Shown one piece after another: positions 47,550-59,266 of a DNA stretch of 64,000 bases; positions within the stretch are counted from its first letter, which is position 1, and every line of letters starts with the position of its first letter. The translations under genes and the position numbers were made by a program. Under the pieces are notes generated by a model that saw only the letters and a program-made list of their open reading frames with translations, made no database searches and was not told the origin of the DNA. Origin of the DNA: Lophium mytilinum (taxonomy: Eukaryota); the NCBI GenBank assembly GCA_010093605.1, contig MU004181.1, positions 372,001 to 436,000 of the forward strand. Reading direction: 5' to 3'.

Positions 47550-48105
47550 GGCACCGTCTAAGGTCTCCTGGTACGTTGTCCGCGGCGGAAAAACGTCCAT
47601 TTCAAGAATTCTGTTACCTCCCTGGGCCACCTCAGACGGTGCTGAGCTGCTGTCCAAAGAGTCTGAGACCGAGCATCCAGCCTACCGCTCGAGGTCCTCC
47701 AGAACAGTGTCGGGAACGGCGAAACCACAATTCCAATCATCCGAAGAGCTCCATGGGCCGGCTCAGACGGTGCCGAAATACCGTCTAGATAATTTTGAGG
47801 CTGAGTATGTCAATCTCCATGCTCTCCTCAGTGAAGCTGCCTGAGGTACCTTAGCACAGTCTCCTGAACGGTCAAACCCCAATCTCAAGAATCCTGCTAG
47901 CGTCCTAGGCCACCCCAGTCGGTGCTGAAGCATCCTCCAAATGGGCACGAGACCGAGGATATCCTCCTCCGTAAAGCTGCCTGAGGTGCCCTGGTCTAGG
48001 ATCTTGAACAGCCAAACCCCAATCTCAACATTCATGTCAGCTTCCTGGGCCACCCCAAACGGCGGTGGCCTGCCGTCCAAATAAGTCTAAGACCGAGCAT
48101 ATTGA
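47550..48105 (-). repeat. Tandem array 3: four units of the same core family in inverted orientation, each with a paired inverted half-site
   Basis: Cores GGGCCACCTCAGACGGTGC (47624), GGGCCGGCTCAGACGGTGC (47755), AGGCCACCCCAGTCGGTGC (47907), GGGCCACCCCAAACGGCGG (48047). Opposite-facing YRAGGT sites at 47559, 47690, 47842 and 47982. Confidence 0.85.
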
Positions 48106-49946
48106 GCCTCATGTCCTTCCTGTTGATCTTGGCCCCAGCCAACTCGGCGATGCGGCCATTGACTTCCAAAAGAGCCCGACACCGTGTGCCAGCGCGTTGT
48201 AGTCCTCCAGTCGAGAAGCAACGCCGTTGCGTGAGCTTCTAACAGAAACTTCCCCGGCAGTCTCAACCGTACGCGCGCTTCCAGCCGGTCTGCGTCAGGT
48301 ACGCTGGCTCTTGGCTGACGCCTCGGCCTGCGCCATCTTGACGATATGTGTCTTCGTGGTGGGTCTTATGCCTGTTTGTGGCGCGTTCTGCGGAGCTTGC
48401 CGCTCATGCAGTTGTGAAGAGCTGAGGGATCGCACAGGCAGATGGGAGTGGGAGGTGGAAAGCGGAAGGGACACTGCGAGGCCGCCAGTGGGAATACCAC
48501 GCGTAGAGTGAACACCCCTACGCGATATGGGTTGACGTTGCGTGGCCTGAGAGCTACTGGGCTACTCCGGTGATCAAGAGCACGCTGGATTCGGCTTGGG
48601 GTATACGGAGGTGGATATTGGTGATGGTATGAGCCCCTAAGATGCTCGTTAGCGGTAGGACTCGTGAAGACGAACGGTGCTGCCTTTAACGCTATGGAGC
48701 TGTGTAGAACGGTAGCGCGAGGGCAGAAGCATAGCAACACCATGGAGGTCAAGCACGCGAAGGCGCCAAGCGGTTGCTGCGCAGTTGACCAGAGTATCAT
48801 TGTTCCCATTATCCAAAAACGCCGAAAGTCCTACAGAACCCAGCCGGCCTAGCTCTCTATTCCTACACTCCTTGCCGTCTTGGGCTACTCGTCGTGTGCG
48901 GAGATCCTTCGACAAGCCGTCTGTCTGGAAGAAGTCGATCAGCAAAAAAGGATATTTGCAGTAGAACAGCAGGGGAAACGTACCTTCTTGTGGATGATTC
49001 TACTACTCAGGGATCGATATACATTGTGGGCAGTCCGTACTTCGCGAAGTATTTGTCTTCTGTGAGCGCGAAGGCGTCGTAGAGCTGGCGCAGGATGATC
49101 GGTGCGGTCACCGCGATGAGCACGCCGAGGAGGATGAGGCTTGCAGCGTCAAGAGCTGCCATTGCGATGACTGTGGATTCGATTGTGGTGCGGTGAGGTT
49201 GTGTGAGGCTGTCCAAAGGCAGATGTGAGCGGATTGTGAGGCGACGCGCAGGTGAAGAGGAGGTAAAGCGGTAGTGAAGCGGAGGTTAGGCTGAGTGCCT
49301 ATCATCAACATGCCGAAGGATATGGTGGCTAGGAACGCGTGCAGCCAGTTGCATGATCAGCACAACAACACCAAGGCGGGGTCTATCATCAAGCAGAACA
49401 CCTAGGCCCATCATCATCAAGTGAAACACCAAGGCCTCCATCTCAACCAAAAAAGGTAAAGAGAAAGAGACGCCAAAGGCAGAGAAGCTTCTTCTTCGAC
49501 GACCCAGACAAGCTGAGCAGATCAATGAAAAAGAGGTTGAACAAAATGTTCGCGTCGGCCCGAGATGGTGCAATACGAGCGACGCCGTGTTCCCGAAGAA
49601 ACGATTTCCAAAAAATTCCCCCCAGCCGCCACAATCACCTACGCCTACTACGCCTGAATGCCGGCGCACCGTGAGGTGCGTGCTCCACCGGATTAGCTTA
49701 CATACTGTAATGCATAGTAGGACGCAAAGGCTAAGGAAGGTGGTTAGTGATGATCAGAAGAAGCTGTGAAAGGATTGACTTACAAGTTTGAGCTGAAGGT
49801 TCGATGAAGTTCGAAGTTGACGGAGGGCTGGCAGGTTGATATAGGTTTCCAAAGACGCTAGCCAGAAGCATGACTCATCAGCGCTAGACCGTTTAACAGA
49901 GCAGAGTAGGTGGGTCGGGGGGCAGGCAGTGTAGGCCGGCCGGTCG

Positions 49947-50012
49947 AGGAGGCCAGTTAGCATGTGACGGGCGCGGGCGAGGAGGCCAGTTGGCATGTGA
50001 CGGGCACAGGCA
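49947..50012. repeat. 33-bp tandem duplication
   Basis: GAGGAGGCCAGTTRGCATGTGACGGGC twice. Confidence 0.8.
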
Positions 50013-53000
50013 GGACGCGGAGGGTCGGGCACCTAGAAGAGGGCCACGCCGGATCAACCCCGGATCACCAACGTAGTGTGGCACTCGCGTATCAGAGGGC
50101 AGGCCGCCTGAGAGTAGGTAACCTCTGAGGGTGGACGGACCTTGACGGGGCAGTGAGGCCCACTGGCGTTCGAAACGTTGAGTGCTCTGCGTACACGTGA
50201 AAGGCCCTTTTATGTTATCCCAACCACACGTATTGAGCTTCAAATGCTCCTCTTCTCGATCATTAGTAGCATATCTAGTACATTGCGCGAGGAAGCTGGA
50301 AAGATGAAAGGTGCTTGCGGCTTTCACGAATTAGGCATTGAGCAGGGCTGGAACGTGTCGAAGTGTGACTAAGCTCCTGATTCTAGATTCATCTCCCAAT
50401 CTATTTGGGTGGCATCCAGTGAGTTTCTCTTGCACTTGTTCTACCTTCCATTTCCTGGTGAGACTTCTGGAGGCAACGATGGGTGAATGTGGTTCGATTT
50501 CCGAAAGCTTGCAAGAGATACAAGGCACTACAGGCCAAGGACCCTGTGCTCTGGCGCACTAGATACGCAACTTTACAAGAGGAATGGAGGTCGATTGATG
50601 CTGATTTTTCCCTTGGCAAGGAATGGGAGATAGGTTGAATTTGATATTCACCGGAGCATCGAGGATGCACGCGTTCACACCATGGCAAAGCGCTGGTCAT
50701 TCCGCATAGCGCCAACGTCGAGGAAGAGTAATGACCCAAGGATACCAACCCCTAATATGGTTGAGGTCGAAACGGCATCCTACTCTTAATGTAGTCTTCA
50801 AGCTCTTTGTTGCTGCAGTATCGTTCTCAAATCACTACGTCCTCTCGGGGAAGCAAATCGTGCAGCTCTTCTTCCCGCCGGCAACGTTGACGCAGACACA
50901 TCCAGGTCTTCCTCGCAGAAAATGATGGCTCGATATCTTTGCTTTATACAAAGCTAGCTATATTATCCCTACTAAAAGCACTATAGACGCACGTCACGCA
51001 GGACAACTTTCTTTCATGCTTTTTCGCCTTGACCGCCTCCACCTCGAAAACCTCTTATCCGAGTTCACCTCAAAGGTGTCCCATCATTATGAAGCTTCCG
51101 CGAGGTGCATCGCAGCCACAGCCTATTCGCAGCAGCTCGCACACGGATGCAGTAAATGCCGCCTCCTCCTTTGCGCCAGGTGTGCCAGCATCCACAACGG
51201 CCAGGGCTCTCCAGACGAGCGACATACTGACGTTGACGTTTTCCTCGATTGGGATTGCAATCGCTTCGGTAGTGCAAACGTGCAACGCTCGCATTGGTCG
51301 AAATGGTGTTCCTATTGCAGTATAGCACGCCTCGCCAGCCAACTCGCGACCACGGCGCTGCAGGGAACACGATCCATGGCGCCGTCGTACAGCGGCGCGA
51401 AAGCTTGTTTCGACGTCGAGATCTGATCGCTACGCGACTTGGAAATGCTCTTAGAGTACATGAGTGCCGCTGCTGGACGAGATTAGTTGATGGCAATGCG
51501 GGCTCCGAGTCTGAGGTACGCGGTCGCATTATTGGTGTTGTCCTTTTGCGACGGGCCCACTTTAAATCATCCGGTGGCTACCAACCATGCTGCAAATGAG
51601 TGCTGGAAGTTTTTGGGCGTCTTGCGTTGTCCGCTCTGAAGATTGATGGCATTCAGTCAAGACCCCAGAATGGCGCATAGGTCCAGGCTTGCAGAATGAT
51701 GAGGTAGCGCCGTTGGTTGGGGATACGGTGGCGCTCAGTGTCGGGCTCTGGTCTAATGCAGCTAGCTGGTGAGTTGGCAGAGACAGTGCTCCTGTCGACA
51801 TTTGATCGGGCGACCTCATTAGTAGGAAATGTATTGGGGTCTGTGGATGTAGTCCTAATACCCAACAAAACTCAGAACGAGTATCATCTCGGAGGTCCTG
51901 CACGGGACAATCTAGAGAAGAGGAGCTAGCGGCAGCATACTTCTCTAACTTTGCAAGACTCGCACTTTTTGGACCGCCTTAGGGTTTCCCGCGGCAAAGA
52001 AGATCATAGAAAAGAGCTCAATGTTTCTTAGCCAGGAAAGTTTTCTGCCGTTCTCACGCTCCTTAATGCCGCCTTCGGCACTGGCTGCTCCGCAGTAGTG
52101 AACGCTATCCACTCGAAAGTCCCGGAGAGGTCCAACTGGATATCCTCAGAGACCCAGCTCCTGTCGCAGGGTGATGGCTTGGGACCAAGGATTATCCGGA
52201 GTATGACATTTCCGTCAAGGCTAAAGGAAGCAGCGGATGGAGTCGAGAAACTAGGAGACGGTACGGAGGAGCTGAGACTGAAGTATGAACGCCGTCGGAG
52301 GTTCGCCGATGGGTTCGAGATTCTACACTGGCTTGTTCTGTTTCATTTGAACCTTGGTCATACTGAAGTTATATCGAACTGACCAGACAGCGATGAGTTC
52401 CAAGCTTGAGTCGGGGATAGAGTTTTCTCAGGCTGGGGCAGTGTACAGCGCTGTTGGCAACCAAATTGTCGCGGTCTTTCACGGCATCATTCAATGATGG
52501 TTACCTAGGCGGAGTCGGCATATCTCACCCAAGCGAAGCAAAGTAGAGCCTTGGAGAAAACGGACGGCAAAGACACTGGCGTATCTATAAAGAGGTGTCA
52601 TGAAAGAGGACTTATGCTTGATTTTAACTACCCAGATCTCATGGCGATAGTGTCCATCTCCTGCCGCACTTAACGAACCGAGCCTCTGTCGCTGGCTTTT
52701 GTGCGCTCGTCCTTCTGGCCTGCATGCCGGCGGGGTTTCCCTTTGAGAAGCTGCTCCGGCTCCTGCTCTTGCTTCCTATTCACCCAGGATATCTCGGGCG
52801 ATTGCTGACCTGTACCGTCGGCTTTTCAACCAGTTTGTTGTCGACGACGAGGTTGAGGAGTGGAACGTTCGTCGAGCCGGCAGGATCCCTGTGGAGGAGG
52901 TCTGGAAGGGAGCCCGAAAGGATCCCTGGATAGCATCGTCAGCAACCGTCCACTTTGAGATTGGACTTCACATACTATCAGCGTTTTCCTCATTTGCGAG

Positions 53001-56000
53001 CAGTATGAATTGCCGCCCTCCAACGTAGCCTTCCTAACACAACCGGCCGGGTGTCTTCGCGACGACGTAGACGGAGCAAACCAGGACAGCGAAGAGCAAC
53101 AGCATGAAGGCGCGCAAGTAGACGCGCACGATGCCGACGCTGCGAGGCTGTAGAGGAGCCACAGGTGGCTTCCGAACGCAAGAGTCTCCATACAATGTGG
53201 CTGATGCGGGCTGGGAAAGTCGATTGTATTCAACCATTCGTTCTCCGGTGAGGTTGCTAACCTTCACAAACGCCCTGTAGTCTTGACAGCAGCGGACATT
53301 GTTGGGCTCGGGCCAAGGCGGTAGGAACGAGGTAGTACGAGCGTTGCCGCAATTTTGATTTCCTCTGCCGTGCCGTCATATCTGGCGCCTAGGGCTACGA
53401 TTCTGTCGGTCGGTCGGGAGGATGCACCGGGGCTCGAGCATTCGCAATGCTAGCGATACGCCTAGACTCTGCGGATGGATTGGCGTGCCACTGTATGGCG
53501 TCGTGGGCGCATCCACCTCCATGACTGAGTCCCCAAAGCGAGCGACCCAGTATCGCGAGTCCGTTTTTGAGAGTTGTCTTTGACGTCGTCCCTCCTCCGA
53601 GCCTTGTTTCTCGTCTCCGAAAGCTCACAACTCGGACTGTTTCTTCCTGTCCTCTCCAATGGAGGAGCTCAGCGAGCCGATAGCCCGGTATCGTGGAGGA
53701 TGACTGCTTGCGTGCCAACCCACCTAGCTCCCATGGTTGCGATTCTTTCAGTCTGGAGAAGGGTGACGCTCTGAGGTTCGATGACTCGGGATGGTGGCTG
53801 CGCGTCCTGGCTCGATGCGCGGAAGCTACCCATCGGAGTGCCACTTCACGGCGCTGAGGGTCGATCCATCTCGCCTGCCGGCTGATTGAACAAAGCGACC
53901 AAGCGTCGCGCGTTCATGCTCTAGGCTTGTGTCCGGCAACGTCCCCCCTCTGAGCCCTCCTTCTAGTCTGCTAGAGCCCCGGTCCGGCGAGGCGGTTTGC
54001 AACATGTGTCGACAACAACATTGAGAATTAGGAAGAGAGGTTCGTGGGCTCCCTCGTCAACAATCGACCTTGTACCTGGAATATTTCTTAGAACAGTCAT
54101 GAGAGGAGTGCCACTGCGAATTGCAACGTACCGAGTTTGATGACAATGGTGCGGCCCGGGCCTCGCCTGCTCCAGCCTTCTCTGACGAAGAAGTTGAGGC
54201 AAGAGGTGCTCGGTCTTTATTGGCGAAGCATGCGTTGTGGGTGGGCCTTCTAGGCCTCCGCGGGGTCGCGATTCTGTCGGTCGGGAGACAAACGACGCAC
54301 TCAAGCTCGAAGACGGGGGCTGCCAGCTGCATGCTCTGATTCCGCTCGGCGGAGACGTCCCTGGGATTATCATCGGATGGCAGTGCGGCGGATGCAGCCA
54401 CGTCGCTGTTGCCTTGACTGGAGATATGAGGATCGTAGGTCGAATGATGGAGGCAGGCCGTGCACGGGTCCGTGGCATCTGTTGCGCTTGTGATGGAGGG
54501 GCTCTGGTTGCCAAAGGGAATTCTTGTGGAGTTCTAGAAAGCGTGAGCTTGAATCGTTCGTCATCCGAGTACGAGCAATTGGCGCGACCGACGTCGAGGA
54601 GACGGGCGGGACGATTCAGGTGGAGAATGAAGCGGAAAAGCGGCAGAGAGGGAGGTCAGACAATCGAAGAGGCAGCGGCGAGCGGATGCGAGTGTGGCGT
54701 AGGAGCTGATGGGTGGGGTGCCACTGGTCGGCCCCAAAGCTTGAGCGTGCGGCTCGTTTGGTGATTGCGCGAAGGAAGGTGGCATGGACTCGGAACACCC
54801 TGGAGGTTTGTGATGCGGCGGGTGGAAGAACTCTGCTTGGACACTCTGTCACGGCGAAAAAAGATGGCGACACGAAATAAACGGGAACATCTTCACTAAA
54901 TTCAATATCACCAAGGGAGTATCTACAGAGCCGTCCTCTAGAGCTCAAGGGCTGCCGCCACGAAGACTCGTTCCACTACCGTTCCCTTCGACACCTCTGC
55001 CTCATCCCCCATTCTGCAACCCCTCCTCCAAGTCCACCGCACAGTGCCTGAACGGATCGTTCAATTGGAGGTCCTTGAGGTCCGACATCTTCGATGGTGG
55101 ACCTCTGAGCTCGTTGGGGAGATCTACCATCAAGTGTGTCATATCAACGGTCCTTGCGAGGGAGAGATTTTTCATCTCTATTCATCTCTAATGTTTCCAC
55201 ACGTTAGCCATTGTAGATTCCTTCGAGTTCCGGGCAAGATGTACCTTGGGGCATCCTCGTTTTCCTCCTCAAAATGCGCTTCATCCAGATACAGAACCAC
55301 CCCTGCCTCACCCCCGTCGCTCGCCTCCGAATTCGAGTCGTCCGGCTCCGCCCCAAGCTTGATCGCGAGATCCACAAGCCCTCTCGGTTTTAAAAAGATC
55401 CCGGATCGTGGTCCGTCCGCCGCGGAGCAGAAGACTTCTCCCATTTGCAGGAGGCTGGCCAGTTTTCTTCCGTCCACATCCTCCTCACGTTCTCTAGTGC
55501 CATGTTGCAGTGTCGGTCGAAGGTCTTCACTGGGGTGAGTGGCTTGCGGTCGTTGCGATAGCGTCCAAATTTCCTTCTTATTCCCCAGCACGGTGTTGCA
55601 GTATCGGTCGAAGGTGTTGACTCGGGTGAGAAGCTTGCGGCTCTTGCGGCAGGAAATCAGCACTCGAGTTCGCGATCGCACGGTCGTCTGGAGGACGGAG
55701 AGAGGCCGTCGCTGAACTCCATGTTGGCTGCCCTTCTCTTATCAACTGACGCGTGCTTGGGTCGTTCCGTCCGCATCTCCTTCACGTTCTCTAGTACCAT
55801 GTTCCGGTGGCCCTTCCATCCATACAAGTATAGCGCGTCCTCCAAAGCGACTATGGTCATAGATTGGCGGAAAGGGCTATTTACTGGGGTGTTCGAGTCG
55901 CGCAATTCGAAAGATGCGCCTGCATTCGCTACAATCTTCTCGGCATAAGCTGCTCGCAGAGCCCTCCGATCGAAGGCCTCGACTCGGGCGAAAAGCCTTC

Positions 56001-56789
56001 GGTTCTTGGGGCAGGATTCCTGGATCTGAGTCCTCGATCGCCCGGCCCTGTGGAGGATGGGGAGAGGTTTGTTGTCGACCTTCGTATTCGCTGGCTCTAG
56101 AGTCAGCTTGTTGCTATCAAGGTAGCTACTGAGGTGAACGTACGTGAGTTACGAGCGTCCAGTGAAGCGTCATGATGGTCGGGTGAGGTTTGGTGAGAGG
56201 AGGAAGGTTAGGCTGGAGGAGGGTGCGGATAGAAGATGGGCGGCTGTTGGCCGGCTGCTTAGATAAGCACACGCTCGTGTGGCTGCCGCCCGTAGCAGCT
56301 GGCCAACGTTGAAAGGGGATCTTGGGGGCCGACCGCGCTGGAAACAGTTCCTACATACCAGGTCCTTTCTATCCTCCTCTTTGTTGCCCTTCACGGGTGT
56401 TTTCTCTCTCAGTTGCAGTGGTAGCCGTTGCGCGCCGTCCTCGCATGCCTTCCACGGAACTGACACGGGCTCAAATCAACATCGTGACTCTCCGACATGT
56501 CCAGCATAGTCAGACCAAGGTAGTTACAACGGGTACAGCATAGGGATGTCTGTATCGATACCCCTGTAATACAAATTTCCAATGCTGAATAGCTTTAGTC
56601 CCGACGTCCCTAGCACAGCGGATGCACGACTCGACATGACTGCCTGACACTGGAGCCAGCGCCATCCGACTACTCTCCGTCTCCTGCAACCTAGCATACG
56701 ATGCTATCATTATCAGGAAACTGCATCGGGCACTTCTGTTGGCATCTGAATAGGCTTGCGAACAATACCTCTCGCACAAAACTTCCACC

Positions 56790-56900
56790 AGAGAACTTTA
56801 CGGCCTTCCTCGCGAGATCCGGAAGGAGATGATAGAGCAGAGCTGGATTGAAAACCGAGCAGTCCGATATGGTTTCAACCCGCTCATACCTCCGACTTAA
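56790..56900 (+). pseudogene. Possible relic of another F-box-like motif
   Basis: RELYGLPREIRKEMIEQSW in a short frame bounded by stops; one short motif only. Confidence 0.35.
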
Positions 56901-57869
56901 TCACAGGTCCGGCCCACGATTTGCAGCTGGGTATATTCGTGCGTTCTGGTGCCACCCGAGCAGACCCGTTCAGCTTGCTGCGGGTTTGCAGTCAGAACGG
57001 GAAGAATTTCATGCCCAGTCAACCTTTCGGAACGACCCATGACGACATAACAGTGAGCTCCCTCGTGTCTACCGCCGGGGGGTAATAGCGCTGTGAGTGA
57101 GGAAATATGGCTGCCGTGGAAGGCCGGTTTAACCTTCGGTCCAACGGTAGCAGGTCAGCTTGCTGCTGTCTCTGTCGAGTAGCGGAGCTGCCTACCGTAG
57201 TCATCGGAGTGTCGAGGGCCATGGTCAAGTTTCGAATTGGGCACCGGGCAGGTGGAGGGGGTTACCAGAGCTAGGTCGATTTAGACTCTCTTACGCCAGA
57301 CACACGGCAAATCCAGCTGACATTCCTAAAAAGAACGACGGTATAGAGGGCTCAAAAGATCTGGGTCTACCAGCTCACCCTCAGTGACAGTACAAAGCGC
57401 TAAACGAATCTCTTCACTTGAATCATACCTCTTCCTTATTTCTTATACCTGTCACTAATCGCAATATTGGCAGTCATTCAGAAAGGGCTAGAGTTGGGCC
57501 TTGTCCCGCCAAATGCATCATAGAGTCACCATCCGCCTCTTCCCCGAGCGCCCCCAGCGGAGGACACGACTCTTTCTTCAATCATGGAGTTATGAATGGT
57601 GCTGGCTGGATTTGAGTAGGTGGAGAAGGTGCATCCAGGATTTGACCTCGGTGACCTGGGCGGTGTCAAAAGGACTTCTCGCTGCCGCTGCCGCCGCCCT
57701 AGCGATCGCTCACACCCTAGTGTTGCTTGTCAAGGGCGGAAACCTGACAGCCAGCGGGATCAACACACCTACCTAGCGTATGAGCCGGGAGGCTTCAGGA
57801 AGGGTTGAGAGGAAGCCTACAAGAGGAGGCTGACGAGGATGCGCATGCGACAACCCACTCTGGGAACGG

Positions 57870-57960
57870 CGACGACCATAGGCTCGACCAGTTGATCGCT
57901 GCGCTTCCTCCCAAATGTATCGTCTTGTTCGAGGATACTGAACCTGGCGGTATCACCCAG
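57870..57960 (+). pseudogene. Fragment of a BCS1-like AAA ATPase (Walker B region)
   Basis: DDHRLDQLIAALPPKCIVLFEDTEPGGI resembles fungal BCS1-like D..L..LF..LP.RCIVLLEDID.AG; no Walker A seen. Confidence 0.65.
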
Positions 57961-58697
57961 GAGCAAAGACAACCATGTTCTCTCGGACCTCTGGCGGCTT
58001 GACGCAACTTCTCTCATCCTCGCCGTGCGAGCCGACGTGCGATGAACTATCCTCTCATTCCGGACCGCAGTGGTTGCTATACCGCAGTCCCATGGACGTG
58101 GGCTCCGTTGCTGCGAACCGAATGGCAGTCGTGGCGGGGTCCAGGCCGTATTCACCTTCAGAACCCCGCGCTGCGAGGGTTGTTTCACCTCCGTATTTTC
58201 CGAACTCTCACGACTATCTTTCAACGAGCTGATTCGCTCTGTACCGGAGTGTAGTAGGACCATCATCCTTTCCCCTCCAAAATCGCGAAGCTAAGCCAGC
58301 CAAGCGAGCGTCTCACCAAAGTCGGCCCTCTCGCAACGCAATTGACTGGAAGGAGAATAGAACGAAGCCGCGATGTCGGGGCTGACTGTCTGGGCGCTCG
58401 AGACACTCCGAAGAGATTCAGCTGAAGCAAGCTTCCGGGTCATGGGGAGGCTACAGAGATTGTATCTGGTTGCAATGACACCAAAAAGTATGTATATGGA
58501 TGGACAGGGGAAGCGAACGGATTTTAGGCCACAAAGCATCTGGAAGAAGGCGTTGAAAGACGAAGGCGAATACGCGCTACCATTTGGATCGACTCAGCAG
58601 TATTGGAAAACCTTCAGTGGGAAGGGCCCGTTGATCAACTAGACAAAGTCAAGAGTGGCTTCTATGTAACGCGCTCCCAGACAACTGCCAACGGCCG

Positions 58698-58895
58698 GGC
58701 GGCGGCGGGCGCTTCTTCCCCGCGGAGCTCGTCCTGCTGCCAATGGGCATTCTAGGCCCGGAGGCACTCGTCCTAGGAAATATCAAGAAGGACGCCCGTT
58801 CAAACATCACGACCCCGCCCGGAAAATATAGCACGAACATTCCGGGAGTATATGCGGCTGGAGATCGCCGTCGTCGCTGGTCTCTGATGGTCTGG
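58698..58895 (+). pseudogene. GLT1: Fragment of the NADH glutamate synthase C-terminus
   Basis: RFFPAELVLLPMGILGPEALVLGNIKKDARSNITTPPGKYSTNIPGVYAAGDRRRRWSLMVW matches the GOGAT pattern FFPADLVLLSMGFLGPE...KDARxNxxTPPGKYST...GVFAAGDCRRGQSLIVW; ends at a GTAAGT donor-like site. Confidence 0.88.
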
Positions 58896-59058
58896 TAAGT
58901 TCTACAAACAGTCACGGGAGCTCCAGCATAGGCAGGCTACGAGCAGTTCCTCGAACCTCACGCTGCTGGAAATGCTAGCCTCTGAGGGACCCCGGACCGC
59001 GGACGAAGCACCGATGGAACCTTCACCATCGATTTGCCAGCGAGCCACTACCGCGTAC

Positions 59059-59266
59059 GAATGGCCGTCGGGCTCAATGAACAAGCCGCAACAAACGGTC
59101 CTTTCTGAGCGTGTCAACATCACAAAAAGAAGGATTCCCACGCTTTTTGAGATCCTGTAGATCCTATACTTCTTGGCATCCCCACTTATCCGATCGTAGT
59201 GAGACATCCGATGTGCCTCAACGAGATGATGGAAAAGCTGGCCCGTGGAGAATTCCGCTCCGCCAA
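59059..59266 (+). pseudogene. BDF1: Fragment of a BET-family bromodomain (Bdf1-like first bromodomain)
   Basis: EWPSGSMNKPQQTVLSERV(frameshift)KKKDSHAF*DPVDPILLGIPTYPIVVRHPMCLNEMMEKLARGEFRSA matches the bromodomain ZA-loop pattern F..PVDP..L.IP.Y...V.HPMDL..M..KL; one stop, one frameshift. Confidence 0.8.

Noticed and set aside
48559..48568. GGGCTACTCC matching the reverse complement of the array-2 core
   Set aside because: Only 10 bp with no convincing flanking similarity; compatible with chance.
49007..49163. Small transmembrane ORF MAALDAASLILLGVLIAV...
   Set aside because: Plausible but short, with no family motif or clear gene structure.
51016..51426. Cys-rich ORF (CSKC..LCARC, WCSYC) as a zinc finger
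   Set aside because: Spacing does not convincingly fit a named finger class, and the context is decayed.
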